The notes beneath the pieces were generated by a model. The model was given only the letters and a program-made list of their open reading frames with translations. It was not told the DNA's origin and made no database searches. From Octopus vulgaris (Eukaryota), in NCBI GenBank assembly GCA_951406725.2, contig OX597832.1, forward strand, positions 18,042,001-18,106,000: a DNA stretch of 64,000 bases, in the 5' to 3' direction. Shown one piece after another: positions 41,779 through 54,805 of the stretch (position 1 is the stretch's first letter; the number at the start of each line of letters is the position of its first letter). Made by a program: the position numbers and the translations under genes.

Positions 41779-43133
41779 ATGATGTTGATGTTGATGATGG
41801 TGGCGGTGGTGGCTATGTAACGGCCCTGTTGTCAGTGGCCTTGTTGGATATGGTTATCTTGGAGGTGGTGTTTTGTTTGACGATGGTGATATCTGAATAC
41901 GGAAAATCTAGTAGAGGTGGTGGGGAAAGAGGTGCATTTGGCTGTGGAACGGCCTTTTTCATCAACGAAGAACATATGCGCATCCGCCATTACATCCATT
42001 ATGCATATACTTAGAAATATGATGGTTGTTGTGGAAATATGATGGTTGTTGTGGTCATCATTGTTGTGGACGTAGTGGGAGTGGTGGTATTTGTAGTAGT
42101 AGTTCTTTTGCTATGGCACCCTCTCCATACACAGCACAAATGTCGCGAGCAACATTTGCAGCTTTAGAATCTTGATTAAAAGCAAAAAGGAGGTATCGAA
42201 AATGCTCGTTTTTCTTAACTTGACATTCCATTTTAATGATCTGAAAATAAACAAAGATTAACTAAAATTTGCTAGAAAAATAGGAAAAGCAAAATAGATT
42301 CCAAAATTATTTAAAAATCGAATTCTCGAAGAAAATAGTTTCGAAAATTTAAAAACGCAATAAATTCTAAAATTTAAAAAAGAAACGGCGGGAATTAGTT
42401 GCCACCCTATATATAAAGTTCTACACCAGTTTATTACTACCGCATGACCTCGAAGCCTGAAAGCCTTGGGCCCATAAAGTCGATATCTGGTTATTTGATA
42501 CAAACCGAACGTATTTGTAGACATATATAAAATTTTCAAGACAAATATCGCTCAATAGGTGGGTAATTATAGTTTAACGAGGCTTCTTGGAGTTGATAGA
42601 AAGAAAATCTTTGACAGATAGTTCTATACAAATCTATATGGAACGGTTGCCAAAAATTATATCAAATTGTGTATATTTTTCATTTTTATGCATATACATT
42701 TTTTCTCTATCCAACTGATCGACCCTACCCTTAAAACAGAATCTGCTCTACTGCTATTTCCATAAATATGTGTTTACATTTCCTACGCATTCTCACCACA
42801 TATTAAGAATGTTGATTCCCAACGAGCTTTTATATTCGTAAATCTAATTCTCCGTTTCCACGAATAGTTTGTTAATAACTGCAAACCCTATAAAACGCCA
42901 TGCAGATGACACGATTTTCAATTCCTCTCCTTGCTACATTAAATGCCTCGTTCATTACTTAATGCCAGCAGTGTTTTCTCAATACAGGAACGGCCTTTTT
43001 CATCAACAACGAACATGTGCGCATCCGCCATTACATCTATTATGCATATACTTAGAAATATAGATATACAATCACATACATATTTGCGCGTGTGTACATA
43101 TGTGTGTGCAAAAATACACTTCCACACACAGAC

Positions 43134-43189
<56 letters not shown>

Positions 43190-43212
43190 ACAACAACAAC
43201 AATAATAATGAC

Positions 43213-43281
<69 letters not shown>

Positions 43282-43390
43282 GGGTTCTTCTTATCGTAGA
43301 AGAAATAGCTAAATTCTTTGGCTGCTATTTCTAAAAGTTTGGTATGTGGCAAAGCAAAATTTTTTTTGCTGAACCCTAATTATATAAAAT

Positions 43391-43427
<37 letters not shown>

Positions 43428-43559
43428 GCACACAAATATGCAACTATATATACACTAATACAAAAAAGCACTCGCATGGACACAAAGAGCTACTCCTACA
43501 AAAACAGAAAATGTTACTCAAAATTGTACGTACACTTTATAACGCTGTGCAAGTGTGTT

Positions 43560-43840
43560 ACTAGCTCACCGAAACTTCCGACGACGAATGTTCTAGCTGA
43601 TCCGTTCAACGAAACAGCCTGCTCATTAAATAAAAGTGCAAGTAGCTCAGCACTCAAGACACACGCGGGCACTCACCGTAGTTTTCTGGGAGATTGAGTG
43701 TGAGACAGTATCTAACAGGGATGGTCCTCTGCAATAAGCTACATCTTTTAGCTAGCTGAATGGACTGCGGGAACACACTGCCAGAAATCGCAATCTTACT
43801 ACCGTGAGCTGCATGCCCTAACAACTAAGGCATGCGCCTT
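43560..43840 (-). mobile_element. SINE family C, diverged
   Basis: ctagctgatccgttcaacgaaacagcctgctc matches 61300-61330; head ccctaacaactaaggcatgcgcct. Confidence 0.7.
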
Positions 43841-44047
43841 CAAATATATTTGTTTCTTATATATGTATGTGCGTGTGTGTGTGTGTCTGTGTGTGTATTA
43901 TATATATCACCGTGATCACCGTGACCGGCCAGGATATCAGATGGTGCTACACATCGCTGATCACAATGTGCTTTGCATTGTTATAGCCTTCAAATGATGC
44001 CACCACGCTGGCTAAGTGAGCACGCCCGTATTATATATATATATATT

Positions 44048-44254
44048 ATTCTTTTACTTGTTTCATTCATTTGACTGCGGCCATGCTGGGTACCGTCTTT
44101 ATTGTCGAGCAAATCGACCCTAGGGCTTATTCTTTGGAAGACTGGTATTTATTCTATCGGTCACTTTTGCCGAACGGCTAAGTTACACACCATCATCGGT
44201 TGTCAAGCGATACTGCAGGACAAACAGACACACAAACATATACATAACATATAC

Positions 44255-44301
<47 letters not shown>

Positions 44302-44958
44302 GGTGGTGGTGTTGATGAAGTTGACGATGATGAAGAAGAAAATGATACTGATGAAGCAGAGGAGAAAGAAAAGGAAAAAAGAAAAGATCATAGTATATGC
44401 ATGAGTATGTTTAGTGGAAATACTGTGAACGTAAGCTAATTATTCAGTGCGAGACGATTAACTCATTATGTGGTGAGAGATGTGTGCTTCACATTTTGAC
44501 AATAAAAACAATTCTTGGACTGGACAGTATTTGCTTCATTAGCACTTTATTTAGATATATTTTTCCCTAACTTTCAATTCATATTTTCGCTTCTGTCTTT
44601 TCTCAGAGCATACCCTACTTTCCTTAGACTGTCCAAATTTACACTTACTAAGGCGGCGAGCTGGCAGAAACGTTAGCACGCCGGGCGAAATGCTTTGCGT
44701 TATTTTGTCTGTCTTTACGTTCTGAGTTCAAAATTCGCCGAGGTCGACCTTGCCTTTCATCCTTTCGGGGTCAATAAATTAAGTACACATATACACGGCG
44801 GGCTTCTTTCAGTTTCCGTCTACCAAATCCATTCACTAGGTTTGGTCGGCCCGAGGCTATAGTAGAAGACACTTGCCCAAGGTACCATGCAGTGGGACTG
44901 AACCCGGAACTATGTGGTTGGCAAGCAAGCAACTTAACACTCAGCCATTCATATGCCT
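44048..44958. mobile_element. Composite: SINE A 3' half (44048-44225, -), unique DNA, SINE B 5' part (44650-44786, +), SINE A 5' half (44787-44958, -)
   Basis: Each part aligns to its family copies elsewhere in the window. Confidence 0.8.
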
Positions 44959-47900
44959 ATACACACATATATATATATGTGTGTGTGTGTTTGTGCGCGC
45001 GCGTTTGTGTGTGTGTATGTGTGCGTGCGTGTGTGTATGCTTGCAAACTTGAGTGCATGTGTATGTATATATACATACATATATATATACACACACATAT
45101 ATTTATATATATATATATATATATATTTAAATATACATATACACATACATATAGATATATACATACACACACATATATATACACATGAATATACATACAC
45201 GCATAAATGGACGTAGTTGTATATACGTATCCGCTTGTGCATGAGTATATATCTATTTAAGAAGGAACACGTATACATTATTGGAATATAGTAAGATTGT
45301 AAAAGGTTGTACACCTTTAAACAAATGTGTATATTTAAACAGTCAGAGATATCCCGTTTGATGTGAATAAACAGACAACACCTCATTATTAACCAACTAA
45401 CATCGATACAAAGAAAACTACCGCCATCATTCCAAACACCATCTCCACCAGCTCCACTGCCAGCATTTCCTTCACCACCATCACTACCACCACCACCTCC
45501 ACTTACCAAAAACACCGACGTCACCAACATCAGCAGTTCCGTTTTCTTCAGCTGCAACAACAGCAACAAGAATTAAATTATCACTACGAACATATCCGAT
45601 ATCATCAACGCCGTCAGTGTCAATACTTGTACCAGCTCCTGAGCCATCAGAAAGACCGAATTTCACCACTTCCACTACTTTCTCCGGCACCAGTGACAAT
45701 ACTGACCCTAACCTTTAGCAGCTAACAAATATTTAAACCTTCCATCGCCACCAACGCCCACTGTATCTCTATCACAATTTAAACGAGAGTAACAAACAAA
45801 ATAAGAATTATGTAACAAGCTTGTTGCCGGTGAATTCACTAAGAAACTCAAATAAACGTCCCCCAAATCACCCACAAGATTTTTAAAATAACAGAATTTA
45901 AAACATCATTGAATATAATAACAACCAGTGGTGCTTGTCAACCGGTGAGCAAAAGACGTGAGGCACACAAATACATTAGAATGTATCTGCTTGTGTGTGT
46001 GTGTGCAAGCAGGATTGGCGAAATGCCAAACATAAATATCTCTACGGTTTTTAATAATCGTCAGAGGCTTCAAATCTCAAAACCCGAAACTTTAGATCCT
46101 AAAGCCCATCAGGAACTCCGGCTGTTATGCTTGTATGTATGTATGTATGTATTTATGTATGTATGTATGCATGTATGTATGTAGTGTGTGTATGTATGCA
46201 TGCATGTATTTATGTATGCATGTATGTAGTGTGTGTATGTATGTATACATGTAGGTGTGTATGTGTGTATGTGTGTGCGTGTATTCTGTGTGTGTGTGTG
46301 TGTGTGTGTGTGTTTGGTGTTTGTGTGTGAATATATGGTGGCTTCCGAGTAGTTTCTGCCTAAAAATTGTCTGAATTAGGTATTTGTCTATTCGTAAATA
46401 TCGTAGAAAACCGTAACCGGAAATACAACGCAATCGGGTTAAACGAAAATCTACGTGGTCCCGATGGCAATACCTAGGTCCTTGAGCCTGTACACATCTT
46501 ATATCTTGAAAATACACCGGGATGGTCATAGTTGGAATCACCTTGATTATAATGACGTTCCATCGGGACTCAAATTTTGAAAAAAAACAAAGGCAAACCC
46601 ATAACAGCAGCAAAACCAACATCCTTTGAAAGCACTTTCTCCTCACACGAAACCTATGTAGCCCCTGATACTGTGAACCCTAGTCACCGACGTGGAGGTC
46701 GATTGATCTATTAAAATTAGCAGCTCAATTTCCGTCAAATCACGCGTCCCGTCCCACACCATCGTTTTAGAACAACACACGTTTGTTTATGTGAACATGA
46801 TTATGCTTGATTTAGGAAAGAACTTCATGGTCACGATTGGGACACATCTGACCTAACCTGGGCTTAACCTGGTGTTAAACAACAAAATCAACAGCAACTA
46901 ATACTAGAACAACAACCAAGCATTTCTTTTACTTACCACCGCTATACTAATCAAAGTTCCCTCACTACCTTTTACCTGCGGCCGCCTTGATACTTTGTGA
47001 AGTTCCATTTCCCACTTACTATCTAAGCTTACGGATATTACGTCCATCACATATATATTTATTTTACAAAATCCTCTCATGAATACGAAATTTCTCCCTT
47101 TTTTATTTTTTATCGTTGTTGTTTTGCTCACCGTTCCCAAAGTTTATTTTCCGCTTTAAACATTTGTTTTCCTTCCTTTTTTCTTTTTTTTTTCTTTCCT
47201 GAGTATGTGCTTGTATACGTTTGTATGTATCTATGTGTCTGTATCACGTTTCGCGTATTTATTTAGTTGTTTATTTAGCACCGTTTCGTCGCTTTATCAA
47301 ACGAATTTCTTCATTAGCACAAATTTTATAACATTAACCATATTCCACGACGTCTTTATTTTCATTTTCTTTCTTCACAATAATCTTTCTTAATATTTTC
47401 TTCCATCTTCCTATTCTTTCTTTCTCTCTTTCCTTCTTTCTCTCTTTCTATTTTTCTTCCTTTCTATTTTTCGTTCTATTTTTCAAATTCTTATTCAGTA
47501 TATAAACTTTCTTTAATCGTTTGAATTATTTTATATATTTCTTTATTTCGTTCGTTTCTTCTCTAACTTTCAATATATTTACTTCCAATTAGGATTTCTC
47601 TTTTTTCTTTTATTTATTATTTTTCTTTCCATGATTCAAACTTTCATGTTTTCTAGTGTTGTTCCCTTTAGATTTTGTATTATTTTGTTCTTCTTCCCTT
47701 TCCGTTTTTCTATATATGTATCATCTTTCAGTTCTTCCTTTCGCACGTTTATTTCATGCTTTTCTTTATTTAATTCTTACAAGCCGGAGAACAGCCCTGA
47801 AGAAATATTCGTCATTTGAAACGACCTAGAGTATATTTTCTTCCTTGAAACATCGTACTTATTCTATCGATCTCTTTTGGAGCATATCTAAGTTACGGTG

Positions 47901-47972
47901 TCGTAACTTGTTAATAATTACTAAGTGAAGACTACTGTTTAGGTGAATGAAGTCTATTAGAATTTATTTTAG

Positions 47973-48408
47973 TCTTTTATTCTTTTACTTGTTTCAGTCA
48001 TTTGACTGCGGCTGTGCCGGAGCATCGCCTTGAAGGATTTCAGTCAGACATATCGATCCCAGAACTTATTAATTTTTAAAGACAAGTATTTGTTGTATCG
48101 GCCTATTTGGCCGAACCTCTAAGTTATGAGGACTTAAAAGCATTAACACGAGATGTGAGGCGGTGATGGGCGTGGAGACAAGCAAAGACACAAAGACACA
48201 CACACATATATACACACACACACAAACACGTACATATATATGTGTGTGTGTGTGTGTGTGTATACGACGGGCTTCTTTCAGTTTCTGTCTATCAAGTCCA
48301 CTCGCGAGTTTTTGGTTGGGCCGACGGTAGATGCCGAGGTGTCGCAGAGTAGGACTGAACCCAGAACCATGTGATTGGGAAGCTAGCTTCTAACCACGCA
48401 ACAACGCC
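47973..48408 (-). mobile_element. SINE family A, older diverged copy
   Basis: ttttacttgtttcagtcatttgactgcgg ... cgacgggcttctttcagttt ... ggactgaacccagaaccatgtg. Confidence 0.8.
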
Positions 48409-48944
48409 AGTGATTTTTAAATTCCCATATGCACATACACAAACAGAAAGACACACACACACAAACACAGACACACACACACATACACATATATGCCTTA
48501 TAAATACGTTATACACACGTACATATGTGTGTATTTGAACGAATATACGTATATGTTTATATACACATATATTCATGCAATGTGTGTGTATGTTGTGTGT
48601 GTGTTTCTGTGTGCATGTTCGTGTGTGTGTGTGTGTGTTTGTGTATGCTTAGTTAAAAATCTCGTCATCTTTATACCGCCATGTGGTTAGATAGAGTGCA
48701 GTGCGCCATCTGTCGTGAGAATGATGGAACCACTCGCTCATAACTTATGGTTCGTTTGCAGCAGCTGCCCTCCAAGGTACAATTTCATTGCACCAATGTT
48801 AACAGTGTTAAGTATTACCTCAATGCATTTCTCTTCTTCACCTTCTTATTCCTTCTCCTCCACCATCAACTCTCCTTTTCCAAGATCAACTCTGCCTTCG
48901 ACCTCTCCTTTTTATTCTTCTTTCATCTTCCCTGTCTACCTCCC

Positions 48945-49342
48945 TTTCTTCTTCTTCTTCTTCTTCTTCTTCTTCTTCTTCTTCTTCTTCTTCTTCTTCT
49001 TCTTCTTCTTCTTCTTCTTCTTCTTCTTCTTCTCCTCCTTCTTCTTCTTCTTCTTCTTCTTCTTCTTCTTCTTCTCCTCTTTCTTCTTTTTCTTCCTTTC
49101 TTCATCATCATCATCATCATGACCATCTTCACCATGATCATCATCATCCCCTTCTTTTTTTTCTTCTTCTTCTTCTTCTTCTTCTTCTTCTTCTACTACT
49201 ACTACTACTACTACCACCACTACTACTCCTACTACTTCTACTTCTACTACCGCTACTGCCACTACTTTATTCTTCTTTTTCTTCTTCTTCGTCTTCTTCC
49301 TCAAACTCTCCTTCCCCTTCGTCTTCTCTTTTTTAACGTTGC

Positions 49343-49380
<38 letters not shown>
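48945..49380. repeat. (TTC)n, (TAC)n and (ATC)n microsatellites
   Basis: Direct inspection. Confidence 0.95.
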
Positions 49381-49969
49381 CCAATATCATCTTACACCCA
49401 CATCTTCCTTTTCCCCGTCATCCCCTTCCCCTTCGTCTCCACTCCCACTCACCTCTCTCCAATCTGCATCCATCCCCCACCCATCATTTACTTTTCATCG
49501 ACGCCGTATCCTTAAATACTCTTCCTGATCTGAATTACTCTGTCCACTGACGGGTCAACACCAGTTTTATATGATAAACCAATTTACAACCCGTCTCCCT
49601 GTCCCTTCATCACCATCTTCGCATACATGCATACACATATAGAAATATATAGAGAGAGAGGCGCAGCGCAAGTACACACACAAATATACGCATGGACAGA
49701 CACACGCACACACGCTCACACACACAGGCAAACACTCAGCCCCACAGAAACACACTCTCACGCACATGAGTGCGTCTGTATATTTGTGAGTATTTGTGTG
49801 TGTTTTTCTGTGTGTACACATAAGACGAGTCAAACAATTTATACACACATGCTCAGTACCTTGTTATTCAAATTCTAGCAACGATGACTATTTGTAAGAA
49901 ACCAATGTATTCTTTATAGTATGGATAAATGCCACGGCTGTGACATAAGAAATACATACATACATATAC

Positions 49970-50021
<52 letters not shown>

Positions 50022-50022
<1 letters not shown>

Positions 50023-50213
50023 AATCAAAATAAGCAACAAGGATATCCAGAGGTAATGCAGTACAATCGTTTGATGCAACTTCATTTAATTTAACAATGC
50101 AATCATTACATCAATTTAAATTCATGTAATGATTGCATTGTTAAATTAACTAGAGTTGCATGAAACGATCGTACTGCATTACCTCTAGATATCCTTGTTG
50201 CTTACTTTGATTT
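50022..50213. repeat. 192 bp near-perfect palindrome (96 bp arms, no spacer)
   Basis: Manual ungapped comparison gives 8 mismatches in 96 bp; centre aattt|aaatt at 50117/50118. The right arm carries GAAA-CGATCG-TA. Confidence 0.92.
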
Positions 50214-50253
50214 TAACCACCCTACTTTGAAATTGTACGGATGATTTTCCTAC

Positions 50254-50319
<66 letters not shown>

Positions 50320-50416
50320 GGAGTAAACACATAAATGTGAAACAAGGTGGAAAAAAGAGTACTCAAATACCAGTGGTAGAGTAATATGCTTTATTTTAAG
50401 CTGCAGAAAATTCAAC

Positions 50417-50485
50417 AAAATTCTAGCAAAAACTGTCTGATGAACGGCAACGAGAAACTCAGAGTAACAGATTTTGCTGAATTTT
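50417..50485 (+). ncRNA. Type-I minimal hammerhead ribozyme (Penelope-like pLTR or retrozyme type) within a 50318-50505 insert in (TA)n
   Basis: Helix I 5' aaaattc-t-agcaaaa-a-ctgt; CTGATGA 50437-50443; stem II CG-GCAA-CG; GAAA 50454-50457; helix III ACTC-A-GAGT; GUA with predicted cleavage after 50466; helix I 3' acag-a-ttttgct-gaatttt. Confidence 0.8.
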
Positions 50486-50688
50486 CTGCTGCTTAAAATA
50501 AAGTATATATATATATATATATATATATTGGGTATGAAAATTACAGAAATAAAAATGTATGTGCCATATATTTTGAATTACTGCCGACTATAACTGCCCT
50601 TGCAGGCTGGATTTGAAAAATTATTACGTGTAAAGATGAGTCGTGTGCTGTCCGTTTTCCCCATAATTATACGTTAATTTTTAGCGCC

Positions 50689-50757
50689 CTTGCTGATGAA
50701 GAACGCGGACAAGAAATTATTTTATTTGTTCAATAATGTTCGAAATGTAGGTACAAG
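50689..50757 (+). ncRNA. Degenerate hammerhead ribozyme motif
   Basis: CTTG CTGATGA a GAAC...GTTC GAAA tgtag GTA CAAG. Helix I CTTG/CAAG and stem II GAAC/GTTC pair, but there is an extra A after the core and helix III is damaged. Confidence 0.5.
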
Positions 50758-51165
50758 TTATGGAGCGGTGATGGGGTGGAAACAAGCACAGACACAAAGA
50801 CACACACACACACATAGATACACACACACAAATGCACACACATCAGCAAATCATCAGCCGGTATCAGTTTGTTAACAGCCGATAATTTGGCGTTTCAGCA
50901 AAAGTGGACGACGCATTAGAGCGTTAGACTCAGAATTCAGAACATTTACTGGGGTCACAGACGGGCCCAAATCATGCTTGCAGACCAGTGACTGAAACAT
51001 GTGGACGAAAAGGAGAAAGAAAAAACATTTAAACATATACACACTCTTTCTCTACACAAAAAGACATACATTTACTCATTTACTTACGAGTAAAATATAC
51101 GCATAGCCGAAGGGACGTGGATTTACATATCACATGATGGTCTACCATAAAGACATAACTGGAGT

Positions 51166-51263
<98 letters not shown>

Positions 51264-51271
51264 CATGCAAG

Positions 51272-51331
<60 letters not shown>

Positions 51332-52270
51332 TATACCTACATGCATATATATACATGCATGTATGTATTATATATATATATACATGTATGTATTATATGT
51401 ATATATTATATGTATATACATATGTGTATATATATATTATATGTATGTATTATATGTATATATATATATATACACAGACGCATATACATATATATACACA
51501 CACATACATACATTCATACATACACAAGTACACACACACATGTCGATATGTATGCCACAAAGCACAGAATGCAGCGCATCCCACGCAAAACATTGGCGAA
51601 CGTAGATGCACACATATATGCAAATCGTACATATATATCCGCACACAATACAAACACAAACCGAAGCACAAGCACAACACAACTCGGGGAGACAACACGA
51701 AACAGCAAAAGAGAACAGATATCAAACAATAGACGCGTAATTCAATTGGATACATGCTGAAAAATAAAGAAAAGAAAACGATGCGACGGGGTGGCGTGTA
51801 ACGGGTTGGCTAGAAGGCAGATTGTAACGTGGTTATGTGCATCTTATCTACACTTAGTTAATGTTTCGTTGTGACACTCTTAAATCAATTTTCAGCCGAG
51901 CCATTCCGGGTTAACAACATTTTAACCAACGCAACGATATTGAACATGTAAACGCAATTATATACTTATTTGAGGGAGCCTGATTCTATCAACGTTGCCA
52001 ACGACGTCGTCGCCATTTTATTTATTTATTTCGCCACCACCATAACGTTTCTTTGCTGTCGTCGTTATATTCGCCATCTTTATAAAACAAGCAGGCTTCA
52101 TTTTACTGTCACTACGGCCATGACTAATGCCATTGTCGTCAGCTTCACCGCCGCTTTCTTTAGTATCTTTACCTTGTCCGTATATATGCAGCATCTATCA
52201 ACATCGTTATCGCCAGCATCATAAACACCCATGATATCGTCACTATCGGTATCATATTTACCAAAATTTT

Positions 52271-52507
52271 GAAGGCGGTGAGCTGGCAGAAACGTTAGCA
52301 CGCCGGACGAAATGCTTAGCAGTATTTCGTCAACCGCTACGTTCTGAGTTCAAATTCGGCCGAGGTCGATTTTGCCTTTCATCCTTTCGTGGTCGATTAA
52401 GTAAGTACCAGTTACGCACTGGGGTCGATATAGACGACTTAATCCGTTTTTTCTCTCCTTGTTTGTTCTCTCTGTGTTTAGCCCCTTGTAGGTAGAGAAG
52501 AAATAGG
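52271..52507 (+). mobile_element. SINE family B, full-length monomer
   Basis: aaggcggtgagctggcagaaacgttagcacgccgg ... gccccttgtaggtagagaagaaata. Confidence 0.88.
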
Positions 52508-52941
52508 TATCATATTCACCAACATTGCCGTTGCTATCATTCTAACCGTTACCATTAAGAAAGAACCACGAGGACAACAACAACAAGAACAATGATTCCC
52601 CATGCATCTCAAATCGTTTGATACAACAGTAAAGCATCTAACTCCTACCCTATCAAATTCTACAATGTTAATACGTTAAGCAGCTTAGGGAGAATGTACG
52701 TTGAGCAATGAAGTCTTATATATATATAATTATTAATATTTGAAGGAATTAAATCCAAATAGGCTGACATTTTGAATTGATAAAAGTTGGATTTTTTCTA
52801 ATTTTATATATATATCCACTTGTATTTCAACTACGCAATGGTCATCTGATTCATACTTCCACCTGGTCGATATAATTACACTCTGTGAAATTACGATGCG
52901 AAATTCTATAGACGTCTGATACTCGTTGTACACACACACGC

Positions 52942-53002
<61 letters not shown>

Positions 53003-53071
53003 AACACACACACAAGCACAAACACGCACACACAAACACAGATGCACACACATAAGTATGTACACTCTACA

Positions 53072-53449
53072 GTCTTTTTACTCTTTTTATTTGTTTCAGT
53101 CATTTGACTGTGGCCATGCTGGAGTACCACCTTTAGTCGAGCATATCGACCCCAAGATTTATTCTTTGTAAGCCTTGTACTTATCCTGTTGAATTATTTT
53201 GCCGAACAGCTAACTTACGGGGACGTAAACACACCAGCATCTGTTATCAAGCGATATTGGGGCGACAAACTCTGACACACAAAAAAACACATATATATAT
53301 ACATATATACCATATATACACCGGGCTTCTTTCAGCTTCCGTCAAGCAAATCCATTCACAGGGCTTTGATCGGCCCGAGGCTATAGGTGCCACGCAGTGA
53401 GACTGAACCCAAACCCATATGGTTTGTAAGCAAGCTACTTACCACACAG
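53072..53449 (-). mobile_element. SINE family A
   Basis: Colinear with the other family A copies. Confidence 0.85.
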
Positions 53450-54227
53450 ACACACGTGAAATATTGTTGATTAACTAATAGAAATTGCATTTTGTTTGGG
53501 CTTGTAAATACATATATCTTATATATATTTGTGTGTGTATGAGTGAGTGTGTGTGTATGAATGTCGTTAGACGGCACTCTCCTGTCGTTAGACGGCGTAT
53601 GAGAGTTCGGCATCTTCTTGCCGAACTACCACAAGCATGATTTGTTTATAGCGACCAAAATTTGTGTTGTTCAAATAATCTCACTCCATCCCTCGAATCG
53701 ATATTACGTCTACAGGTGCACAATGTGCAAATGTCAGATGACGAAATAATCGAAGAACTACGTCGCCCAGTCTGGGAATCGAACCCATGATCTTGCAAAC
53801 GTGTGTGCAACACCCTAACCGCTAATTGATGCAGCTACAAACGCACACATATTATTGACAAAAGCAGCATTAAACCTATCTTTATCTCCGTGTTAGCTTC
53901 GTTGTTGTGCCATAACTCAGAATATTGCAAACCAATATTAAGTTAAGTGTACTTACTTATTATTAAGCAATATAGTAAACGATACGACACAGAAAAAGGA
54001 AATTGTTGCTAAATGTGTCACAATCATAGCATACATTTTTACAGTCATATGGTAAATTTATTACTAATTAGATGCGGAATGCAGCGGAAAGTGATAGTAA
54101 TATCTAGCTGTACAGTGGAAACTCCAGATACATTTCGAAGCTGATTAAAACTCCTTTGCAGCGCTTATTCCAACAGATTAAAATTCTACCAGCGCTCTTT
54201 CATGTTTAATATATATATAGGATACCA

Positions 54228-54425
54228 AGGCGGTGAGCGAGCAAAACGCTAGCACGCCAGGTGAAATGCTTAGCGTTTTATCGTTTTGAGTTCAAATTCT
54301 GGCGAGGTCGACTTTGCCTTTCATCATTTCGAATCGAAAATTTAAGTGCCCGTTCCGTATTGGGATCGATCTAATTGAATGCCCACTCTAAAATTTCGGG
54401 CCTTGCGCCAAGAGCAGATAAGAAT
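54228..54425 (+). mobile_element. SINE family B (second tail type)
   Basis: aaggcggtgagcgagcaaaacgctagcacgcc...aaaatttcgggccttgcgcc. Confidence 0.8.
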
Positions 54426-54754
54426 ATACATAGGGATGTTTTAAATGAAAAATATGCACATATATTTGGATATGTGAAATCCACCTAAGAAAATATGAAA
54501 TATGTCTTGCCTAAACTTTATTCCTATCAGTGTATTATCATAAGCAGGCGCCGTAATCCATTCTAAATCTTAAACAATAGATCCAAAGGGAAGGCTACAA
54601 CACACGCACTGATTCAACTGGGATTAAAAAGATTGTATTAACTATGGGCTACAGTCGTAGAAGAGAAGTAGGGCATTACTCACTGTTTCTTCGATTAGCT
54701 GAGGAAATCCTCATATTTTCTATATTTTCTACCACCAGGTTTCACTAATACGTG

Positions 54755-54805
<51 letters not shown>

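Noticed and set aside
42110-42800. Possible old DNA transposon or Helentron remnant
   Set aside because: No termini or coding motifs could be defined by eye.
47797-47860. CTGAAGA...GAAAC hammerhead-like string
   Set aside because: No convincing stem II, helix III or helix I.
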